This document shows positions 37,232 through 48,015 of a stretch of 64,000 nt of DNA, piece after piece (position 1 is the stretch's first letter; each line of letters begins with the position of its first letter). Position numbers and translations under genes: made by a program. Under the pieces are notes generated by a model, which saw nothing but the letters and a program-made list of their open reading frames with translations, was not told the origin of the DNA and ran no database searches. Source of the stretch: Fistulifera solaris (Eukaryota); NCBI GenBank assembly GCA_030295235.1, contig AP026132.1, positions 558,001-622,000 on the forward strand, written 5' to 3'.

Positions 37232-38476
37232 TCAAAGTACTCTTTTCATGCAATGATTTTCGTGCTGGAGACGAGCTCTTTTTTGCAGAAATACTTTGTT
37301 GCAAAAGGAGCATTCATGGGACGACTGACCAGAGCGATCGGTCTGCGGCAAAAAGCTATCCTGGTGATTTTTTAGGGCTTGATCCGGAGATGAACCAAAC
37401 AACCGAGCATTGCAAATACGACAGCTTTCGTGGGGTACAATAACTGGCTTTTCTGCGTTCGTTTGGTTTGAGGTTTGGCACCAATCAGGACGGATTGATT
37501 TATGAATGGCTCGGTGTTGGGCATTAATATGATCTTCCAATCCTTGAGCGCTTTCAAACACACGGATAAAGCCCACACGAGAACATAGGTCGCATGATAC
37601 TTTTGAGTCTCGCTTTCGTTTGCTATGTTTGCACCGAATATGGCTCTGGACGGAACGCTCTTCGGAGAATACCTTGCCGCAGAAAGGGCAGGGATGAGTA
37701 TCTGACGATTGCTGGTGATCCTGTTTCGCTTCTTCAGTATGATCTCCTTCTTTTGCTGTAGAAGGTCGGGAAAATAACCATCCAACATACTTTTCCCATT
37801 GCGGATCAGGGGTATCTAGTAGGCGCTGAAACACAAATGTTTCGCTTGTACCAAGAACTCGGTTTGCAAATGATTTTCCCGTTTGATGTCGGCGTAGCGC
37901 ATAGTACGTTCTTTGGCTACTCTCTTTGTTCTTCGGTGGCTGCGGTGGCTGAAATGGACCACGCCAAACCAGTCTCATTCCCTGTTGCTCGGCAGCCTTC
38001 TCACAATCCCATCGTTCGTACTGACCGCGAGCCAACGTCAGGAGAAAGATCCCATCAGCAGCAATCAAATAATGCCACACAGAATGAAATAGGTGACAGA
38101 GAAAATTGTAATGAAGCTTGGCGTTTTCGGTCGCTAAGTGCGGATGATTGAAGAGGATGATTTGCGCTGGTAAGTGTGATGCTAGAGTGGAAGGAAAATC
38201 TATTGCATTCACGTCGTGCTCGACCGTCACTGAGAAGGATCCATCATCAACAAATTTGCTCAATTGATTCAAAATAAACGGAGTATCGCGATATTTGGAT
38301 GTCAAACTCGACAGCGAATCCAGCCCTGTACACAAAAGCTTTCGACGCTGCGGAGTGCGGTCTTTGTTGTCACGACGCGTTGCACCCGAAAGCCAACCCG
38401 CCAAATCGAGCGAAAAAGTGAAATCACCGTCTCCTAATGTCATATATTTCATGCATTCTTCTCGTTGCCAAGACAT
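37232..38476 (-). CDS. BMT5-like (DUF2431) rRNA methyltransferase-type domain fused to C2H2 zinc fingers
   Basis: LGDGDFTFSLDL, TGLDS, HDVNA and ILFNHPH motifs, then CPFC..HIRCKH, CDLC..HINAQH, CRIC..H and CSFC..HENHC. Confidence 0.75.
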   Translation of the reverse strand: MSWQREECMKYMTLGDGDFTFSLDLAGWLSGATRRDNKDRTPQRRKLLCTGLDSLSSLTSKYRDTPFILNQLSKFVDDGSFSVTVEHDVNAIDFPSTLASHLPAQIILFNHPHLATENAKLHYNFLCHLFHSVWHYLIAADGIFLLTLARGQYERWDCEKAAEQQGMRLVWRGPFQPPQPPKNKESSQRTYYALRRHQTGKSFANRVLGTSETFVFQRLLDTPDPQWEKYVGWLFSRPSTAKEGDHTEEAKQDHQQSSDTHPCPFCGKVFSEERSVQSHIRCKHSKRKRDSKVSCDLCSRVGFIRVFESAQGLEDHINAQHRAIHKSIRPDWCQTSNQTNAEKPVIVPHESCRICNARLFGSSPDQALKNHQDSFLPQTDRSGQSSHECSFCNKVFLQKRARLQHENHCMKRVL

Positions 38477-38726
38477 TCTATTGATATTTACTCATTAATA
38501 CGGCGGACGACGACGTGTAAGGAAAAAAAAATAACGCGACCCTACATTAGTCCCGTCAGATTCCAGTCCCTAGTATTGCAGACGCTATGCGACAGCCGCA
38601 AGGAGAGCGCGGCGCGGAGAGAATTTTTGAATTTTGACGACGACGCGAAGAATGTCCCCTCTAGCATTTAATATCAAACTAGACAAATTAGAAATCAATT
38701 TAAAAGTAATCAACGTCGAAAAGAAA

Positions 38727-39671
38727 ATGCCTTTCAGTGATCAGCTGGAGCGCTTACCGCTGTCGACAGCCCTAGCGTATTGCAGCATCCTTTCCACATC
38801 TTTCGTGGGCTCTCTCTACTGTTTCGTCCCTTCACATATTCGACATCTTGAACGCGACAATCACCTACAAATTAAATGGAGAACAGCTGCTACAACTTTT
38901 GTGTGCGTTGTGTCTACGTGGGCTCTTCCTTACATAATTCCGACGAAAGAGAGCTCATCGTTGACCTGGCGACAATCTGTACGAGCCATTCTGGGGGTCA
39001 TCTCGCACACGGCCTTGCTGTACTTGGGACCCATTACGCAAATGATTGTTCAAGTGACAATAGCCACACGCAAGAAGCAACAGGATCATCAGCAACGATC
39101 CCCTGTGACCTGTTTGTATTCTTTTCCCTCTCTCTTTTGCAAAATATGGCATTCTGCTTTCATCGCCCCTATCACACATTCGCTCACAACATCTTCAAAC
39201 GAACGATGGGTCTGTCTTCGCAATCGCATCATTGCACCCATTACAGAGGAAATATTGTTTCGGAGGTGCATCGTATCGATCCTTTGCTCGACCGTGATGG
39301 ATACCTCTCGTATCGTCGTTGTCGCGCCCATCTTTTTTGGTTCGGCTCATTTGCATCATGCCATCTCGCGCTGGCATCAAGCCCCGCTGCGAACAATACT
39401 CCTACAAACCGTTGTCCAATTCATGTACACGAGTGTGTTTGGAGCTTATTCCGCCTATATCTACCTTCGAACAGGTTCCATAGTTGCTATTGTACTGTCG
39501 CACGCATTCTGCAATGGAATGGGGCTACCTGATTTAGACTTTGCTCGACCTTTTTCGTCCCTGTATGCTCATCGGTATATTTTGGGGATGGCTCATTTGG
39601 GAGGAATAGTGTGCTTTCAAAAAGGGTTTCATTCTGACTGGTTATTACCGAACTATCGCATATCACAATAA
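38727..39671 (+). CDS. RCE1: CAAX prenyl protease 2 (Rce1)
   Basis: APITEEILFR, PIFFGSAHLHH, QFMYTSVFGAYSAYIYLRTGS, HAFCNGMGLPD; multiple TM segments. Confidence 0.92.
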   Translation: MPFSDQLERLPLSTALAYCSILSTSFVGSLYCFVPSHIRHLERDNHLQIKWRTAATTFVCVVSTWALPYIIPTKESSSLTWRQSVRAILGVISHTALLYLGPITQMIVQVTIATRKKQQDHQQRSPVTCLYSFPSLFCKIWHSAFIAPITHSLTTSSNERWVCLRNRIIAPITEEILFRRCIVSILCSTVMDTSRIVVVAPIFFGSAHLHHAISRWHQAPLRTILLQTVVQFMYTSVFGAYSAYIYLRTGSIVAIVLSHAFCNGMGLPDLDFARPFSSLYAHRYILGMAHLGGIVCFQKGFHSDWLLPNYRISQ

Positions 39672-39747
39672 CATTATATCTTTTAAAGATTACAAATTTG
39701 CCCCATGTCGCGCTTCGCTGTCAATTTAGCGGATTAGCACATTACTA

Positions 39748-41311
39748 CTACACAAAGAAAACAAAAGCAATAAGTGCCGCCACTGACATCAACACCGGTG
39801 TTCTCGACGTAGCTCCCGAAGAACCATCTACTGGAGCTGGAGCTGGACCGGGAGCTGGACCAGGAGCCGGATCAGGAGTTGGACCTCGACCAGACGCACA
39901 TTCGGTTGCTTCATACTCAATGCACTCGTGATTGTCCTCTTCGCCCGCAAAGATGAACGGACACGACAGCAGATCATCTTCGGTTACGTAATTTCCAGAG
40001 TGCTCGGTAAGTTGATCTGGGCTGGCAAGAACTACGGGCCCCTTTCCGATGAAATTGTTATCGATAAAACAATTGTTTTTCAATGTAATTGTGGAACCAG
40101 TCGTCACACTTATAGCGTATCCACTCTGTGGCAGAGAAGGAAAAGTTAGTTTCGAGTGCACAGCAAAAACTAAACAAGTCGCCCATTTAGCACGTATTCC
40201 TCAACTCACCACATCTTCCGGATTGCCGTATGAATTATTGTAAAAGTGCAATTCTCGAATGTCGCTACATCGTAACTTTCTTGAATAGTAACTATTCCAA
40301 ACCGTAGAAGATCTCCGTGCACTGGTTCGCCTTGCTCGTTGTGTTGAAAAGTGCAACCTTCAAAAACATATTCTTGCAATTTCCAGTCGACACCAAGTTG
40401 CAACTTTCTCTCTTCCCCTCGCACAACGCTAGCATCCTCCATAGGAGCTACGGCGAAAGCGTCGGAGGTCAGAAAGGGGTCCGCAACACTTTTTTCTCCA
40501 TTGAGGAGCTTGGTGTACTCGAGAATGCTCCAATACGCTCTTTCTTCAAGACTTAGACCTTCCATTAATGTATCCATTAGCCTTCGCGAGTCATCCATCG
40601 AAGGACCATTATGGAATGACGCTATTGGTGAAGCACCTTTGTGCCCCTGCAAGATAATATAACTATCAGCATACCACAAATACACGCCTTTAGCAAACAG
40701 GCTCAACAGGTAACACTCACCTCGAAGATACAGTTTCGAAACACAACAGATCCTCCGTTGACCAATAGCGCAGCGGATGAAATAGCATTTTTGAATGTGA
40801 TACCTTCAAATACTGCGTTTTCGGGCTGTTCATTGAACACGGGGTAGACGTTTAATACTTGCAAGTTACCACCCACGAGCGTACAATTATTGTTCGGATT
40901 ACCGTCCGGCCCGCACTGAATCTTCGCATTGCTTCTAGGATGAAGAGGCGCTTGGCCGTCTAAACAGCACAGCTGACCAGCCTCCGTTGCAACTCCAACC
41001 TCGAAAACAGTATTGCTGCAAAGGGTGTATGTCTCCGGCGTAAATGCGTTTTTCAATGCAAGATGCTCTCGAAGGATAGTGGTATTATCGTAACACTCAA
41101 GTTTCTCAGGCACCGGTGGTGATGTCGCGTTCACCTGCGGGCTGGCCGATGGTGCTGGAGCTGGGGTTTGCGTTCCTTCCGTCGAATTGACGGCAGGTGC
41201 CACCGTCGGTTCGACTGGATCAGGCTCGACCGTTGAGTCTGTCGCATTCTGGCCCAGCGCCGATGAGAACAACAGAATTGCGGCCAACAAGCCCTTGGGA
41301 AGAAATATCAT
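39748..41311 (-). CDS. Secreted, probably GPI-anchored surface protein with beta-helix-like repeats
   Basis: Signal peptide, P/T/S linker, Cys-rich domain, repeated FxNCxF motifs (VFRNCIF, VFEGCTF, TFENCTF, LKNNCF), PAPG repeats, hydrophobic C-terminal tail; introns 40647-40720 and 40126-40209. Confidence 0.7.
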
Positions 41312-42086
41312 GGTATATATTTCAATAAAAATAGCCGACTCGTCAATGACGCTGCTAATACAAAAGGAAAATGATGAGAAGGCTATCTATGACGATGAAT
41401 GGCGAAATGGCGAACGGCGAAGCAGGCGGGTGCGTGCGGGCGGCCAGCGGCAGTCATAAGATCGAGCTGAATGACTGATGACTTCGGGCTTCCGACAAAA
41501 ATCGAGCACATGGGTTACAGAAACGTTCAAATTACACCGAATAAGAGGCTGCACAATTTGGACGATACAGAATCGAAACGGTATGTCGAACACGTTTAAT
41601 GCTACTTAGAGATGGTCGCTCGTCTTCCGTTTTCTGGACTTTTGCACGATACCTTTATGTACTGGAATCTCCAAAAAAATCGCAAGCGTCGACTTTATAG
41701 CTTTATAGACGACTCTATACATTATTGCTGATATAAGATCGTACTTTGATCTAAGTATGCATTCCGACATCGAAGAGCGAAGGTCGGAGTATTTCCGTAA
41801 TTCCAATTGACTCTAACTTACAGTAAGTGCATATACTACCTGGTACTATCTACTGTACGCTGTAGTTAAAGATAAGTATGAATATTGGTGTAGTTTTTTC
41901 ATCGTAGCATGAGAGTGGTGGACTATGAGGAAATCATAAAGACAGAAAAGAAGCAAGAAGCTCTAACTGGAAAATGGAAAATGGAAAGGCGAAAGTGGTC
42001 TTTGTTCTTCTCCTTCTTCACTAATTGATTGCCTGCTACAGTACTGTACTTTTTTCGCTCTCCTCTTTTCTTTTTAGCATTTACAG

Positions 42087-42444
42087 TAGTGGTTGGTCTC
42101 GAGAGGGCAGTTCTCGAGAGTCTCGAGAATCGAATTTTGAATTTTCACTCTCAATTCTCATGATTCTCGATAAAATTCATGAGATGAGAGTGTCTGGCCT
42201 GTCACCCGTACAAAATACAAGGATTCTGGCCGTCGATCGACCAATTCTCACGTGTATTTCCTACGAAGGAGTCAGTCTCGCGATCCACAACTAACCGTGA
42301 CTGAAACTTAGTACTCAATATCCTATAGTAATTCGTTTCCGACAAAATCTCCAATTCTCGAGATTCTCGAGAGTCTCATGAGTTGGAAAGTGCAATTCTC
42401 GACTCTCATCTCGGATCTGGTTGAAAGCATGAGACCGAACACTA
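42087..42444. mobile_element. Non-autonomous hAT-type MITE (358 bp)
   Basis: TIRs TAGTGGTTGGTCTC / GAGACCGAACACTA (12/14 match); perfect 8-bp TSD ATTTACAG at 42079-42086 and 42445-42452; many subterminal TCTCGAGA/TCTCATGA repeats. Confidence 0.85.
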
Positions 42445-43382
42445 ATTTACAGATCATCGGAAAGAGAGTAGACCCGAATTATTTGGGCTCTTACGTGGCA
42501 CGAAGAAACTGGCCAATAATTAGCAGCCCTGGCGCCTCGCGAATCGCGAATCGCGAACAAGAACAAGAACAAGCGATAAACGATAATGCCTTATTATCGC
42601 CCTCATACTGGTAAGCTCATAAGCAAAGCGCACAAAAGACGACATAGTTTGATACTACTTGACTCCTTATGTTTGAGTGTTGATGAGTGGTTAGTGGTTA
42701 GCGGTTTTCATAAAGGCGGGCTTTCCACTTTTCATTAATTTTCGTTTTTTGAATTGAGTTGTACTTAATGCGACACGCGACGACTGTTGCTTTGGCCTTG
42801 CTGTTGCATATTGCATAGTCTATCCTCTGTTCATTGGCGTGTCGACGTCGAAGGGGGGTGATCAGACTTCAAATTTTGGTTTGGTGTTTGGTCCAAAGAT
42901 CTTGTTCGTGACCGACGCTGAGAACCTCATGTGTGTGTCAATTAGACTAGAGGCTCCAACCTCCAACGTCAATGTGCGGTATGCTGACCCTACGAAGCGA
43001 GTCTGGATCCCCACTTAGAGTCTTAACTTTTATCTCGTCTCGCTTGCAGAAATGGATGTTGCGTGCCGTGTGCCTCCTTTACTTTAGTCTTAGTGCGGTC
43101 ACGTACGAGAAGACGACACATTCATCCTCCGTGTCGGAACGTTATCCCTTGTGTCATCAATTTGTACAGAAAATTGTGATTTAGGCACTATAAACACGAT
43201 ATAAAAGCAAGATCTTCGTGTTTTGCATTTTGCATAAGGTTGGGGGAGTAACCAGAAACACATCGTTTGAGAAAAAATAATATTCTTTTTTGTGAGCGCG
43301 CGCAGCTTTGACTTTTGGATGATTTATTCACATTCACATGCTTGCATGCAAGTTGAAAGTTAACATTGATACAGTACCCATT

Positions 43383-45197
43383 ATGAAGCTGAATAACGAA
43401 TATGCCAAAGTGAAGGATATAGAGTCTCCAAAGCGGCATCCCTTTTTTGCTCAGAACGACGAGAGCATGCAAGAGATCTCACAAACGCTAGGGAAAGAAT
43501 CTTCTCCGACATCATCGCAGTATTCTCATTTAGAGCCTCGGTTATCTGGATCGTCGTACGTTCCTTCTTCGATGGACAAAGCACGTGCTGTAGCACTCTT
43601 TTCTGTCTGCACTATCTTATTGTTTGCTGATCAAAACTTGATGTCACCCAATCTGACCGCGATTGCGAAGGAATTCAACTTCGACGACGAACAACGAGAC
43701 AAAAAGCTCGGCGGAGAAATTGCTTTGGCCTTTTTCGTGCTAGGAGCACCTGCATCGTATCTTGTCGGTTGTCTCGGCGATGCCTATAACCGAACAAAAT
43801 TATTCGCTGCAACTGTTTGTATAGGGGAACTAGGCTGTATTCTGACGTATTGGGTACAAACGTACAGTCAATTGTACGTGTGTCGAGCAATCACTGGGTT
43901 CAGCGTCGGTGGAGCTTTGCCGCTCATTTATTCTATTCTAGGGGATTTGTTCCCTTCCGACGAACGGCATAGGGTTGGTGCTTTGGTCGGAATCGGAACA
44001 GGCGCAGGAATATCATTAGGACAGTGCATCGCCGGATTTCTCGGCCCCACCTTTGGCTGGAGGCTGCCCTTTTAGTGATCGGTCTTCCTGCGGTGTTTTG
44101 TGCTCTGGCCGTATGGCTTTTCGTACCCGACCCAGAGCGTGGTGCCATGGAGGAGGCCGTGCGTCAACGGAATCGAAATAACAAAAGCGAAGATCAGGAT
44201 GTAGAGTCTGGTTCTCCATTCGTAGAGATGGTTAGTTTAGAAGAGCGCGTAGACCCGAATACTTTGGACGAAGATAAACATGTCATTTTATCACATGATC
44301 CCAAACTGGATTGGATGGGCTTTTGGGCCACGTTCGTTTCTATTGTGTCAACGCCAACTGTACGATTAGCACTTCTACAAGGCGGACCGGGTTGCGTTCC
44401 GTGGGGTAAGTTGCGAAGATTTTCACTTCTGTTCTTCATCTGATAGAATGTCTAAGCTAATTTGCCTCGCTAGGCATTGTCAATATGTACTTGAATGATT
44501 TCCTTTCCGAGAATCGCGGAATGACGGTCGAGGTCGCAACACTGACTGTCCTATTCTTCGGTCTCGGAAATTTTGTGGGGATGCTTCTTGGAGGTTTCGG
44601 TGCCACCTATCTCTACCGCATCGACCCAAGATATCCTCCTCTCTTAGCTGGATCCGCGGCTATACTTGGTTGTTTTCCGTTTTGGATGCTTCTGAATGGG
44701 ATCGACAATAACACACTGTTTCTCTGGACAGCTTTAGTCGCATGGTTTGCTGGAGTAGCTAGCGGCGTAACAGGACCTATCATTAAAGCACAACTGCAAA
44801 ATGTAACTCTGCCTCAAGAACGCGGTCAGGCCTTTGCTCTTTCAATACCACCGACGACTTTGGTCGAGGTTTGGGCCCCGTGTTTGTGGCGGCAATGATT
44901 TCTCGTCTAGGCGGTCGTACAAATGCGTTTAATATTGGTGTTTTCGGGTGGGTCATTTGCGGAATCATCAACTTGGGGGTCTTTTTCACCATACAGGAGG
45001 ATGAAGCACGTGTTCAAGCAAAAATAGTCGCCTCATTAAGTTTCAAAAAGGAGGAGACGGGCTTGAATGTCGACGACTCGTCACCTTCGACTGTCTGGAC
45101 TGGTTCACTGACAGAAAGCCTCGGTACTACCCTACGAAAACGCAGTTTTGAACAGGGACGTGAATCATCGTCGTCCAGCAGCAATTATCATGACTAG
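43383..45197 (+). CDS. Major facilitator superfamily transporter (Spinster-like)
   Basis: LLFADQNLMSPNL, motif-A-like GCLGDAYNRTKL, RAITGFSVGG, GPTFGWRLPF, multiple TM segments; intron ~44407-44473; frameshifts near 44070 and 44840. Confidence 0.82.
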
Positions 45198-45291
45198 TAT
45201 CAACTTTGTATAGTGCAACAAATTTTGTCTCATGCTCTAATGACTATAACTAGTGTGTATTATTTTTGTAAAGAAAATGTGCGCGCGTCAT

Positions 45292-45726
45292 TTAATCGTC
45301 GGCACAGAACTTTCCAATACGCGCTACGATTTCCAAATAATGCGTCTCTTCGTACAAACGCGTCACGGGTCTTCCATCCTTGAACAAAATCATGGAAGGA
45401 GACTTCTCGTTGGCATCCCACAACTTGGCAATCTCGGGATAATCTTGTTGTTTGATGGAAACGAGTGTAGCGCGGTCCGACAAGAGCTGTTTGGCGCGGA
45501 AAATGTCATCTTTAATAGCGTTCTCGGTGTTGGCATCATAGAAGTTGATGAGCACGGGCTTGTCTTCGGGAAACAAGGCAAGGATTTCTTCCATGGAGTT
45601 GTACTTGGCGTGCAGGGCGGTGTGTGATGCCACACTTGCACGCGTTGGAGCGGGAGCAAAGGCGTTGGCTGCACTCCAAGTGGACGCTAGCATAAGAATC
45701 GATGAAAAGGATGAAAAAAACTTCAT
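45292..45726 (-). CDS. Plastid-targeted thioredoxin-fold protein without CxxC
   Basis: Signal plus ANA-FAP motif; Trx-like DKPVLINFY..YPEIAKLW..SPSMILFKDGRPV; no active-site cysteines. Confidence 0.72.
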   Translation of the reverse strand: MKFFSSFSSILMLASTWSAANAFAPAPTRASVASHTALHAKYNSMEEILALFPEDKPVLINFYDANTENAIKDDIFRAKQLLSDRATLVSIKQQDYPEIAKLWDANEKSPSMILFKDGRPVTRLYEETHYLEIVARIGKFCADD

Positions 45727-46062
45727 TGTTGTTGATTTGATGTGTCAGAAAGTGCTTGAGGCGAAAACAATGAGCTTGTTTGGCGATCTTTCTCCTCATC
45801 GTCGTCATCGTCGCGTACACGAGCGTACCAGTACTACGGCTACAGGTCAGACGTCAGCCATCAATCGTCCGTAAGACATTCCACGTGTAAATTATTTTCG
45901 ACTCTTTTGAGTACCGGTCGGAGGCGGAAGCAAGTTTTATTCGAAAAGGATGAAAATGAAAAGGTGGTGCAGAGCGACTGCAGAGCAGACGAATAATCGT
46001 TGCAACTAGTTGCAACACGCCACTTGTGTTTACTTTGTCCTTCTAAAAACAGGGAGTCAATT

Positions 46063-47264
46063 ATGACTGATCATCAACAACAACAAGCAGTTTTAACATG
46101 TCAGCACATTCTACGACCTCCTTTACAAGAAATAGGGGAAGGGGACGATCGTCTCGTTTACGAAATAGGCCAACCGGCGTGGCAGTGCTCTTTCTCCAAG
46201 GACGGAAATCATCTAGCTGTTTGCTACGGAGCACCGCAGCCGTGCATACGAATTTGGGAAATGGTTCATAAATTTAATGACAAGAAGAAAGGAACACAAT
46301 GGATATTACAATCAACTTTATCCGGTGTGCACGAACGAACGGTACGATCCGTCGTGTTTGCCCCGATAATGAAGCCTTTAATTCTGGCTTCGGCTTCCTT
46401 TGATGGAAGCATTGCCATCTGGGAGGCTTCGACTCGCAACGAAACACTATCGTGGGAATGTACAGCGCAACTCGAAGGTCACGAGAACGAAGTGAAGTGC
46501 GTCGTATTTAACGAGACCGGTTCTCTTCTCGCCTCATCGGGCCGTGATAAGACGGTGTGGATCTGGGAATGCTTTTGCCAGGAACTGTAGGAGGTCCGTC
46601 GGAAGGGTCTGAGGCAAGCGAGTTCGAGTGCATAGCGGTGCTGAATGGTCATGAGGCGGATGTCAAATGTGTGAGATTCGCTCCCAGTCACGACCAATGG
46701 GGAGACGGTGCTGAAATTCTACTATCCTCCTCCTACGATGACACCATTCGAGTGTGGGCGGAAGACGCCGGTGATTGGTACTGCGCTGCTTCTATTTCCG
46801 GTGTTCATTCGTCCACTATCTGGTCGCTCGCTCTCGCGCCCAGCGGGGCCCGTTTGGTGTCCGGATCAGCCGATGCCAGTCTCGCCATATACAAAGCCTA
46901 CACGATTGCCGAGAAGAAGAGACTCTTTCCAGAAGACAAAGATCAAAGTAATAGTCATGGAGTGTGGAAATGTGTAGGAAAACTAACTGACGCGCACTAC
47001 GCTGCCGTGTATGCTGTGGATTACGCTCCAGCGCAGGCCGGGCACGGTCGGGTTGTATCAGCCGGGGCGGATGGCGACATACACATCTACCATGAAGCCA
47101 TGGGAAGCACGTCGGACCGCCCTCTTTTTTCTTTAGAAGCATCGGTGGATGCAGGTCACAACGGAGATGTAAACCACGTGCGATGGCACCCGTTCCTTGG
47201 GTCCGTGCTGGCCTCGGTCGGGGATGATGGAGCGGTGAGAATATGGAAGTATCAAACTGCATAA
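46063..47264 (+). CDS. CIA1: Cytosolic Fe-S assembly protein CIA1/CIAO1 (WD40)
   Basis: HERTVRSV, LASASFDG, LEGHENEVKCV, LASSGRDKTVWIWE, ECIAVLNGHEADVKCV, SSSYDDTIRVW, DVNHVRWHP..LASVGDDG; frameshift near 46575. Confidence 0.92.
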
Positions 47265-48015
47265 TGATAATGGTAGAGCATCCTCAAATTCCTTAAAAGG
47301 CTTAAAAGGATAAAATGCCTTAGAATTAATTGTTAATTGTTTTGATTCGCTTTCCGATGGTTGTACGTGGAGGAAATAAATGAATGACGGAATGAATCGT
47401 CGAGTCGGACTAAATAAGCAGACTCCTCCAAATAAAAATCAGTCGATCTTATTCGGTAAACCCTTTCCCATTGTCGCTTTTATTACTGACAAATCTGATT
47501 GTTCTTGCATGCTTCTTTCACAGTTGCTCATAAAGCCACGATCACAAAACTCTAGCAGCTCTGGCACCTCTTCGTCTGCGACTCTAGGAGGTAGCGTCGC
47601 ACTCGGGACTGCATTGAGTATTGAGTCGTCGTCAAGTAATACTGAGTACACTTGGTGCAATAATAAAATTTTTATTTATTGAAAGTCAATATTTATTTGC
47701 CAAAAATTATTGTTAATTCAATGATGCTTCATTTTTTAGTAGTAATTGTTGGATGTCGGATGGTACAATTACAGATATAGAATGAGTACCGGATGATGGG
47801 TTCATGTTGAAAACTCCGAAACTCCCACCTCCGCTCCCACCTCCCACTATCCAACTCCACCTTTTCACATCTTTGCATCTTGGATCTTGGCGCATCGACC
47901 GCACCCCTTTCGCAAAGAAAATCTGAGCCGCAGTTTTTTTATTGAAACCCCAACTTACTTGCATTCTGGCAAGTCTTCAACGCTATCGTCTCGCTCTTCG
48001 AACACTGGACAGCAA

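Noticed and set aside
47380..47964. Short ORFs between CIA1 and the GT fusion
   Set aside because: No recognisable domain; may be a gene or transposon relic but cannot be supported.
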